Shown piece after piece: positions 18,166 through 24,000 of a stretch of 24,000 nt of DNA. The notes below the pieces were generated by a model that did not search any database, was not told the origin of the DNA, and saw only the letters and a list, made by a program, of their open reading frames with translations. A program made the translations under genes and the position numbers. Source of the stretch: Microbacterium phage Shocker. Location: the sequence record NC_073470.1. One strand, given 5' to 3'. Numbering within the stretch: the first letter of the stretch is position 1; each line of letters opens with the position of its first letter.

Positions 18166-19910
18166 AGCTCTCCCTTCTTGATGGCGTCAGCCATGAGGCT
18201 GAACTGCTTCTCGGCAGACATCGCCTGCCCGAGGCTGTTGACCATCTTCTCCTTCATGTGGATGAGGTTCGCCATCCACACGTCCACACCGGGAGCCCGG
18301 TAGATATGCACGTCGGTCTCTTCGTCCTGACCGAGCCGGTGGTTGCGAGCATACGCCTGGTCACGCCGCCCGGAGTTCCATTCCTCATCGAGGATGTGGG
18401 TGACCGTCGCCGCGGTGAGGTTGAGGCCCGCGCCTCCCGTTCGGTAGTGCACGAGCACCACGTCCCACTCGGGCTCCTCGCCCTTCGCCTTGTAGAAGTT
18501 GCTCTTGATGCGATCCCGCACCTTGTTCGGAGTGCTGCCGTCGAAGCGAGCAGCACGGATGCCCGCGGCCTCGAAGCGGCGCTGCATCTCGACTAGGGCA
18601 GTCTGGAACTGGGAGAACACGATCTGCCGCTTCCCCTGTGCGTGGTAGGCCTTGGCCCGCTCCAGCAGCGCATCCATCTTCGCGCTCTCCTGGACCTCCT
18701 TGCCGACAGAGAACAGCACCTCGCCGGAGATCTTGTCCTTGATCTCGATGCCTCCGGGCCAGACGTTCGCCTGACGCTTGCGGAGGATGATCTGGATCAT
18801 GTGCATGAGGGTGGCGACCTCGCCCGTCGAGAGCATGATCGAGGCGTGCTTGGACACCTGCTCGATCGTGCGAGCCTGGAGAGGGTAGACCTTCGGATCG
18901 ATCTCGACCCGCTCAACGTGGACCCGCTGCTTCGGCAGGTAGATGCCCACCTCTTCGAGGGATCGCTGGAGGAACCGGCCCTTGAGCAACGGCGTCAGCT
19001 TGTCGAGCCCCTGTCGGCTGAAGACGTTGCGCTTCAGGCTGTAGTCGGGGTGGGTGAAGGTCTTCTTGAACCACGTCAGGTTCTTGAACACGATGGGGTC
19101 GATCAGGTGGTAGATCGAGAAGAGATCGACAGGGGTGTTGAGCAGTGGTGTCCCCGTCATGAGCATGACGTTCTGGATGCTCTTCGTGCTGTAGAACATC
19201 GCCTTCTTCTCGTTGCCGGTGAGGTCCCGGATCGCGTTCGTCCAGCCCTTCAGGTTCCCATGCTGATTCGTCCATCCGCACGACCCGCACGGCCGCTCCA
19301 GCCCATAGACGAGACCTTTACAGGAGGGGCAGGTGTTGTTGGCGAACACCATCTTCTCGACGTACTTGTAGTTGCTGGAGCCCGTGTCCTTCATGTTGTG
19401 GGCCTCGTCCACGATGATACTGTCCGCACGCCACACGAGGATCTTACCGAGGGCCTCCTCGTCACGTCGGAACATCTCGTAGTTGATGACGACCACGCCC
19501 TCGTCTAGCTTCATGAGCTTGTTCAGGCGTTCGTGTCGCGTCTGCTTCGAGAGTCCCGCGAGGTTGATGATAGTGCGGTGCGGAGCCAGGGTGGCGATCT
19601 CACCAGTGAACTGAGCGCAGACGTTAGCCTCCGCCACCAGGATGACCCTCTTCGCTCCGACAAGATCCAGCCAGCCGATCGAAGTTCGCGTCTTGCCTGC
19701 CCCAGGCTCATCTCCGAGGAACCACCGACGGGCAACAGCTCCGTAGCAGGCCCCTGACCACTGGTGAGGGAAGATCCCCTCGAACCAGTCTCGCCCCTGA
19801 GCCAGACCTCGGAAGTGCTCCTCGAACTCAGCACGACGACGTGCGTTCCGTTCCTCGCGAGACTCGGCATCAGCCAGGATGGCCTCGGCCTCCTCAACGA
19901 CAGCACCCAT
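18162..19910 (-). CDS. SNF2-like DEAH-box helicase/ATPase with internal Zn-ribbon (582 aa)
   Basis: Walker A LGDEPGAGKTRTSIGW, DEAH box SIIVDEAHNMKD, NVMLMTGTPLLN, GAGLNLTAATVTHILDEEWNSGRRDQAYARNHRLGQ; internal CPSC...CGSC. Start set at MGAVVEEAEAIL by TGATG coupling. Confidence 0.92.
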   Translation of the reverse strand: MGAVVEEAEAILADAESREERNARRRAEFEEHFRGLAQGRDWFEGIFPHQWSGACYGAVARRWFLGDEPGAGKTRTSIGWLDLVGAKRVILVAEANVCAQFTGEIATLAPHRTIINLAGLSKQTRHERLNKLMKLDEGVVVINYEMFRRDEEALGKILVWRADSIIVDEAHNMKDTGSSNYKYVEKMVFANNTCPSCKGLVYGLERPCGSCGWTNQHGNLKGWTNAIRDLTGNEKKAMFYSTKSIQNVMLMTGTPLLNTPVDLFSIYHLIDPIVFKNLTWFKKTFTHPDYSLKRNVFSRQGLDKLTPLLKGRFLQRSLEEVGIYLPKQRVHVERVEIDPKVYPLQARTIEQVSKHASIMLSTGEVATLMHMIQIILRKRQANVWPGGIEIKDKISGEVLFSVGKEVQESAKMDALLERAKAYHAQGKRQIVFSQFQTALVEMQRRFEAAGIRAARFDGSTPNKVRDRIKSNFYKAKGEEPEWDVVLVHYRTGGAGLNLTAATVTHILDEEWNSGRRDQAYARNHRLGQDEETDVHIYRAPGVDVWMANLIHMKEKMVNSLGQAMSAEKQFSLMADAIKKGEL

Positions 19911-20251
19911 CAGTGCCCTTCCGTGAACACGAGGGGCTTCTTGTGGCAGGGGCAGAGCGGCATCCCGTAGACCTCCGCGATGCGCTTGGTGAAGCGCACC
20001 TTGTAGTCGTCGTTCTCCTGGCACACGGCCTTGAGCTGCCAGTTCTTCGATGCGGCTGCCTTGATCTCGGGCTTCTCCTCGATCAGCTCCCAGCGCTTCG
20101 TCAGGCGCTCGTGGCTGTAGCCTCGCACGTCCTCTGTGCCGACGACCAGGCCCATCACGTCCCCCGATTCCAGGACTTTGATGATCTCGATGACCGTGTT
20201 CCGACGCTTGTCCTTGTCCTTCCAGACCTGACCGACCTTGACCTGAGTCAT
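19910..20251 (-). CDS. Hypothetical protein (113 aa)
   Basis: MTQVKVGQVWKDKDKRRNTVIEIIKVL...; TGATG coupling to the helicase. Confidence 0.7.
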   Translation of the reverse strand: MTQVKVGQVWKDKDKRRNTVIEIIKVLESGDVMGLVVGTEDVRGYSHERLTKRWELIEEKPEIKAAASKNWQLKAVCQENDDYKVRFTKRIAEVYGMPLCPCHKKPLVFTEGH

Positions 20252-20355
20252 TTGCCGAACCTCTTTCTGTAGCTACGTCGGGCCGTCCCGTAGAAGATGG
20301 ACGCGGCACCAAAGATGATGGTGAAGACCGTGAGACAGTACATGAAGTACCGCAT
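20248..20355 (-). CDS. Small membrane protein (35 aa) MRYFMYCLTVFTIIFGAASIFYGTARRSYRKRFGK
   Basis: GGATTGGAGTCTCACATG leader; one predicted TM helix by eye; ATGA overlap; not in the ORF track. Confidence 0.6.
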   Translation of the reverse strand: MRYFMYCLTVFTIIFGAASIFYGTARRSYRKRFGK

Positions 20356-20369
20356 GTGAGACTCCAATC

Positions 20370-20379
20370 CCTTTACAGC
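20370..20379 (+). repeat. CCTTTACAGC element at a candidate transcription start
   Basis: Contains the 8-mer core, just downstream of the - strand -10 box TAGGAT. Confidence 0.75.
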
Positions 20380-20380
20380 T

Positions 20381-20408
20381 ATCCTAGTGGCTTTAGGGTA
20401 GTTGTCAA
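20381..20408 (-). promoter_or_regulatory. Sigma70/HrdB-like promoter on the - strand: TTGACA-N16-TAGGAT
   Basis: On the minus strand: TTGACA (20408-20403), 16-nt spacer, TAGGAT (20386-20381), about 28 nt upstream of the 35-aa ORF start. Confidence 0.6.
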
Positions 20409-20410
20409 CC

Positions 20411-20884
20411 CTAGAGCCCGATCTGCTCTCGCCAGTCTGGTCCGTCCTTTACAGACCGGAGGGTGACGATGGCTCCGAGGATGCTCGCGGCCTCGATCTC
20501 CAGATGCCGGATCGCGGTCTTGAGGTCCAGGGCCTCCAGGTCGATCTCTGCGATCTCCTGGCCGATCTTCTGAGCTGCCGCCTGCCACCGAGGCCCGAGC
20601 TCTTCCATCTGGATCTCCAGGGGCTTCACGATGTGGATGTACCGCGGCTCCCTGTCGATCGGGATGACGTTCGGGGCATCGCTCTCGATGGCGGGCTTCA
20701 CGAGGGTGTAGATGGTGGGGTACCCGTTCGTGCTCTGGAGGATGGTGCCCCGGCCGAGGGCCGCCTTCACCGTGTTGTAGGTGAAGCCGGTCTCCTCGAT
20801 GATCTGCTTGACGCTCTTCGGGCCACGGGCGAGAGCTTCCTCGACAGCTCTCTGGGACCGGGCCCAGCGGGGCTCATCCGCCAC
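20411..20884 (-). CDS. Winged/helix-turn-helix DNA-binding protein (157 aa)
   Basis: SQRAVEEALARGPKSVKQIIEETGFTYNTVKAALGRG...YTLVKP has wHTH character; GTG start. Confidence 0.55.
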   Translation of the reverse strand: MADEPRWARSQRAVEEALARGPKSVKQIIEETGFTYNTVKAALGRGTILQSTNGYPTIYTLVKPAIESDAPNVIPIDREPRYIHIVKPLEIQMEELGPRWQAAAQKIGQEIAEIDLEALDLKTAIRHLEIEAASILGAIVTLRSVKDGPDWREQIGL

Positions 20885-21023
20885 GCTTCACGAACCTTCC
20901 TCCGATGCCTCGCTGCGGCATCTTCTTGAGGCGCTCGAACTTCTTCGCCTTCTCGGGGTTGCGTTCGTTCCAGGTCCGCATCCATTCCGCGACCTCGGTG
21001 GTGACGGGGGGCATGGCGGTCAC
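20874..21023 (-). CDS. Small basic protein (49 aa) VTAMPPVTTEVAEWMRTWNERNPEKAKKFERLKKMPQRGIGGRFVKRGG
   Basis: AAGGAGATGCC then GTG; GTGA overlap with the upstream gene; not in the ORF track. Confidence 0.5.
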   Translation of the reverse strand: MTAMPPVTTEVAEWMRTWNERNPEKAKKFERLKKMPQRGIGGRFVKRGG

Positions 21024-21229
21024 GGCATCTCCTTCGGCAGTGGCTCGCTCATCACCTTGGAGACGGGCTGCTCGAACGTGGCCCCGCGATCCCGAACGGT
21101 GTCGATCGAGGCGACACCGGCCCAGAAACCGAGCCCGAAGATGGTGACGGTGAGGAGGATGATGACGCCGAGGGCCAGGGCCACAGGGGCGTTCCAGCGC
21201 TTCTTGGGCTGGTCGAGCTGCTTCTTCAT
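21020..21229 (-). CDS. Small membrane protein (69 aa)
   Basis: MKKQLDQPKKRWNAPVALALGVIILLTVTIFGLGFWAGV: one N-in TM helix. Confidence 0.65.
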   Translation of the reverse strand: MKKQLDQPKKRWNAPVALALGVIILLTVTIFGLGFWAGVASIDTVRDRGATFEQPVSKVMSEPLPKEMP

Positions 21230-21244
21230 GAAGATCTGAGTCCT

Positions 21245-21388
21245 TTACAGGTTGTTGAGCTTGCGGTTGGTGGTGCGGAGCTTCTGCTCCTGCTGGACCT
21301 GAGCGGCATAGTAGCCGACCGTGGCCCCCAGAAGGGTGCCCAGGCTACCGGCCACGATGATCCACCCGAGGGCCATGGTCTCGTCCAT
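21245..21388 (-). CDS. Small membrane protein (47 aa) MDETMALGWIIVAGSLGTLLGATVGYYAAQVQQEQKLRTTNRKLNNL
   Basis: TGATG coupling to the upstream gene, TM helix then coiled-coil-like tail; its TAA stop lies in CCTGTAAAGG. Confidence 0.6.
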   Translation of the reverse strand: MDETMALGWIIVAGSLGTLLGATVGYYAAQVQQEQKLRTTNRKLNNL

Positions 21389-21726
21389 CAGGCGTCCTTG
21401 ACGTTGATGCGGTAGGAGACCGTCTGATAGTCCTGGAGCTCGATGGCGGAGAAGTGCTTCTTGAACTCCGCCGTGTCGAGAGTGAGCTTGTAGAACTCCG
21501 GCCGCTTGGACGCCGGGAACTTCTTGGCGATGATGGTGGAGTCGAGCGTGGCGATCGGGGAGCGGGTGATGACCAGATCATCCGCCTCGTGCGGGGTGCC
21601 GGGCTCCAGCGCCTCGAACTGGGCGTCGATCTTCGCCTTCTCGTCGGTCAGCTCCTTGATCTGCGCCATGATCTCGCGGCGGCGGTGTCCGAGCTTCGAG
21701 AGCTTGGAGGGGGTGAGCTTGGGCAT
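21388..21726 (-). CDS. Hypothetical protein (112 aa)
   Basis: MPKLTPSKLSKLGHRRREIMAQIKELTDEKAKIDAQ..., coherent ORF in the gene train. Confidence 0.65.
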   Translation of the reverse strand: MPKLTPSKLSKLGHRRREIMAQIKELTDEKAKIDAQFEALEPGTPHEADDLVITRSPIATLDSTIIAKKFPASKRPEFYKLTLDTAEFKKHFSAIELQDYQTVSYRINVKDA

Positions 21727-21740
21727 GGTGTGTGTTTCCT

Positions 21741-22151
21741 TTACAGGTCGTCGGAACCGGGAGCGGCTTGCTCATCGGTGTGGAGTCGAGGTGTGGAGTT
21801 GGCAAGGGGGACATCGATCATGGCCCAGGGGTCCTCTGGGGGAGTGTTCAGAGCCAGGAGCGCTCGGTGTGCCGCTCGGATACTGTGCATCGGGCGAGGA
21901 GCTCCCGTGAATGGGTCTCGGGTTCGGGCGTTGTGCGCTGCTCGGCGCATGTTCCATTTGAGCACCTCGTGCGACTGAGGGATCAGCTCGAAGCGGTTGT
22001 GCGAGAACTGGTGCCGCCAAGCGGCGCGGGCTCCCTTCCCCTGTCGGGTGATCGATCGCGTGAAGCTGAGTTTATCGATCTCGAAGTCCCTCGGGATGGT
22101 GGAGGAGACACCGCCACGGAAGGCGAGGACAGGCAGGGTGACGGTCGCCAT
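21741..22151 (-). CDS. Hypothetical protein (136 aa)
   Basis: Start MATVTLPVLAFRGGVSS; stop codon within CCTGTAAAGG. Confidence 0.6.
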   Translation of the reverse strand: MATVTLPVLAFRGGVSSTIPRDFEIDKLSFTRSITRQGKGARAAWRHQFSHNRFELIPQSHEVLKWNMRRAAHNARTRDPFTGAPRPMHSIRAAHRALLALNTPPEDPWAMIDVPLANSTPRLHTDEQAAPGSDDL

Positions 22152-22152
22152 G

Positions 22153-22308
22153 TCACTGCCCCTTCCGGATCGCGCGGTTGTGCTTGCGCATGAACTCACT
22201 GAAGCTCTTGTCGGCCAGGCGGGCCTGAGCGGCCTTGGTCGAAACGTCCACCCGGGACGCCTTGCTGTGAGTGCGGGCCTCGGCGGTCCGCGTGTTGTCG
22301 TGCGACAT
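22153..22308 (-). CDS. Small basic protein (51 aa)
   Basis: MSHDNTRTAEARTHSKASRVDVSTKAAQARLADKSFSEFMRKHNRAIRKGQ with AGAGATTGGAGATCTCATG leader. Confidence 0.6.
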   Translation of the reverse strand: MSHDNTRTAEARTHSKASRVDVSTKAAQARLADKSFSEFMRKHNRAIRKGQ

Positions 22309-22409
22309 GAGATCTCCAATCTCTCTAGGCTGTCTCGTCAGGGCCGGGAGCCTATCCCCGCGCCGACACTCACCCTGCAAACCCCAGTGAGGGTGAGTGT
22401 TTCGACAGG

Positions 22410-22871
22410 TCAGAAGTTCGCGTTCCCCAGCGCGTAACCTCCGTCCCTGTGAATCTTCCCGCGCCGATACACGCGGTCACCGTTGAAGTGATCGTTCGAT
22501 TGGCACCGTGCGTGCTTCGCTTTGCGGCCGGAGGGCGTGTAGCCGGTGGACCCCGTGCAGGGGAAGCCATCAGGCCAGAGCGCGCGGCCCAGGCTGTAGA
22601 CGACGGCGAAGGTCATGTCCATACCGACACCGCCCATCCGCACCCCCCATAGCTTCTCATCGAAGCCCGCACCGATGGCCCAGGCAACGCGACGGGAGAT
22701 GTCGTAGAGCTCACCATCCCGGACGAGGTAGACGCCGATGACTCGCATCATGCCGGATCGGGAGACGTGGAGGACTTTGGTGTGGATCGTGTCCCCGGGC
22801 TTGATGCCACCCACACCGTCGCGGAGGTACTGCACGGACTCTTCCATCTGTCGCTGCTTCGTGGTGGTCAT
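22410..22871 (-). CDS. Phage-type conserved hypothetical protein (153 aa)
   Basis: VLHVSRSGMMRVIGVYLV...WGVRMGGVGMDMTFAVVYSLGRALWPDG resembles a protein family seen in many phages; AAAGGACG Shine-Dalgarno. Confidence 0.75.
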   Translation of the reverse strand: MTTTKQRQMEESVQYLRDGVGGIKPGDTIHTKVLHVSRSGMMRVIGVYLVRDGELYDISRRVAWAIGAGFDEKLWGVRMGGVGMDMTFAVVYSLGRALWPDGFPCTGSTGYTPSGRKAKHARCQSNDHFNGDRVYRRGKIHRDGGYALGNANF

Positions 22872-22922
22872 GTGAACCACGTCCTTTCTTAGGGTAGCTG
22901 TGTACCCAGGTTAGGGTACTTA

Positions 22923-22957
22923 TTCAAGTTCGTCAAGATGAGTTTTCAAGTTCATCA
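22923..22957. repeat. Direct repeat pair TTCAAGTTC(G/A)TCA
   Basis: 22923-22935 TTCAAGTTCGTCA and 22945-22957 TTCAAGTTCATCA, 12/13 identical, 22-bp period. Confidence 0.8.
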
Positions 22958-23018
22958 GGTTCTAGGGTAGTAAATCTCAAGAAATCCCAGGTCAGGGGGA
23001 AGTTGCAATCTTGATGAT

Positions 23019-23047
23019 TTGACAGCCCTTACTCTCCCCGATACGCT
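23019..23047 (+). promoter_or_regulatory. Sigma70/HrdB-like promoter TTGACA-N17-TACGCT (+ strand)
   Basis: TTGACA 23019-23024, 17-nt spacer, TACGCT 23042-23047. Confidence 0.5.
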
Positions 23048-23156
23048 AGTGTCCACGACGCGTTATCGGGTCGAGTGGTTGACTATCTGAAGGACTCATC
23101 AGGGTAGATGGGTCCTTTTCTCATGTCTCGCGACAGTGAGGGAGAGAGGCTAGGAA

Positions 23157-23187
23157 CGGCGGACGGTCACCCTGCGGGTGTCCGCCG
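23157..23187. terminator. GC-rich stem-loop downstream of the 23212-23547 gene
   Basis: CGGCGGAC (23157-23164) pairs with GTCCGCCG (23180-23187); inner ACCC/GGGT pairing. Confidence 0.45.
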
Positions 23188-23211
23188 CCCTAGTGAAAGA
23201 CGTAGAGCAGG

Positions 23212-23547
23212 TCACACCTGAGTGATACGGCGAACGTGCTTCTCGGGGAAGACAGCTCCCGGGCAGAAAGCATCGTGCGAGACGCTGGAGATGGGGACGA
23301 CACCGCCTCGCATGAGAGCGTAGGTGTCCGAGTCCAGAGACTTCCCTCCGCAGACGCGGCACTCGTACCAATGGTGATCGAGGTCACGATACGGGGGTCG
23401 TGCAGGATCGAACGGGGGAAGGGAGCGATCGACCGGAACCATCATGGGAGCCGGGCACTCGTAGGAACACCGAGGGTGATCCGGGGCTGTGTGATCGATC
23501 GACCCGCTGAGAGACCGGTCCACTGATGGGGTTTCGCTGTTGCTCAT
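23212..23547 (-). CDS. Hypothetical Cys-containing protein (111 aa), possible zinc-binding
   Basis: WYECRVCGGKSLDSDTYALM...AFCPG; coherent ORF in the gene train. Confidence 0.6.
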   Translation of the reverse strand: MSNSETPSVDRSLSGSIDHTAPDHPRCSYECPAPMMVPVDRSLPPFDPARPPYRDLDHHWYECRVCGGKSLDSDTYALMRGGVVPISSVSHDAFCPGAVFPEKHVRRITQV

Positions 23548-23612
23548 GATGCCTATCCAATTCTTCCCCGGAGGGATCTAGGGTACTGCGTTGGCTGATG
23601 GGTATGACTCTG

Positions 23613-23703
23613 CCTTTACAGGGGGAGCGGTGCGGGATGGTCCATTTGATTCCTCCATCCGGCCTGAGACCGAGCCCCTTTACAGGAGCCCGGCCTTTAC
23701 AGG
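23613..23703. repeat. Cluster of three exact CCTTTACAGG elements (23613-23622, 23677-23686, 23694-23703)
   Basis: Exact 10-mers in a non-coding interval between two - strand genes. Confidence 0.85.
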
Positions 23704-23922
23704 TCAAGAGAAGGTGACCTCCCGCTCAATGTGGCCGTCCGACTCACGGAACATCTGGATCGTGGTTCCCGCCGCGCGGTGAGAGTCCGGCAGGTTCAGG
23801 TAGAACTTCTCCTCCGACTCGAAGAGGTCGGTCGCGTCCTCGTAGTCCAGGCCCGTCTTCTCGGACAGCAGCTCACCTTCCCAGATGGTGCGGACTGTGT
23901 AGGTCGGGATCGTGATGGACAT
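23704..23922 (-). CDS. Small acidic protein (72 aa)
   Basis: MSITIPTYTVRTIWEGELLSEKTGLDYEDATDLFESEEKFYLNLPDSHRAAGTTIQMFRESDGHIEREVTFS. Confidence 0.6.
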   Translation of the reverse strand: MSITIPTYTVRTIWEGELLSEKTGLDYEDATDLFESEEKFYLNLPDSHRAAGTTIQMFRESDGHIEREVTFS

Positions 23923-23954
23923 GGGGTGCCTCCTCGGGGCCTTGGGGTCGAATA

Positions 23955-23964
23955 CCTTTACAGG
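23955..23964 (+). repeat. CCTTTACAGG element
   Basis: Exact 10-mer upstream of the - strand gene 23704-23922. Confidence 0.85.
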
Positions 23965-24000
23965 AAATCATGTTGTAAGGCGGAGCGACCAAGATTCCAT

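Larger units (their letters stand above)
22881..23211. promoter_or_regulatory. AT-richer non-coding regulatory block with phased repeats, promoter and hairpin
   Basis: No convincing coding; three (T/C)TAGGGTA copies, two TTCAAGTTC(G/A)TCA direct repeats 22 bp apart, TTGACA-N17-TACGCT, and a GC-rich hairpin. Confidence 0.5.

Noticed and set aside
18642-19508. 288-aa ORF on the + strand
   Set aside because: Antisense shadow of the SNF2-like helicase.
1-24000. CRISPR array
   Set aside because: The repeated 10-mers are irregularly spaced by hundreds to thousands of bp and lie inside genes; there is no repeat-spacer periodicity.
1-24000. Transposon or IS element
   Set aside because: No transposase-like or integrase-like ORF and no obvious terminal inverted repeat pair; the HNH-like protein could be a homing-type nuclease but no intron or intein boundary was seen.

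Overview
The window looks like part of the genome of a high-GC tailed phage, most likely an actinobacteriophage. This is inferred from protein motifs and gene layout only. The left arm (about 1-8,396, + strand) encodes virion proteins: two adjacent proteins sharing an N-terminal GRGGSGR(Q/K)ATSF motif, a 1,743-aa putative internal/ejection protein, and two cell-wall-degrading proteins (M15 peptidase-like and SLT/lysozyme-like). A strong bidirectional terminator hairpin (8433-8477) separates it from a convergent, tightly packed - strand replication/recombination arm (8,505-23,922). That arm encodes a RuvC-like nuclease, a family A DNA polymerase, a primase (AEP-like)-RecA-like helicase fusion, an SSB-like acidic-tail protein, a Sak4/RecA-like ATPase with a non-canonical P-loop, a PD-(D/E)XK nuclease, an HNH protein, an SNF2/DEAH helicase with an inserted Zn-ribbon, a wHTH protein and many small proteins. 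The most striking unexplained signal is a dispersed quasi-palindromic element, CCTTTACAGG (rc CCTGTAAAGG). I count 14 exact 10-mers and about 12 further copies of the 8-mer core, in both orientations, inside and between genes, in several reading frames. Other unexplained signals are a dispersed (T/C)TAGGGTA motif, a recurring ATTGGAG mini-hairpin presenting the Shine-Dalgarno in its loop, a compact promoter at 20370-20408 where the motifs converge, and a non-coding block (22881-23211) with phased repeats. All counts were made by eye.
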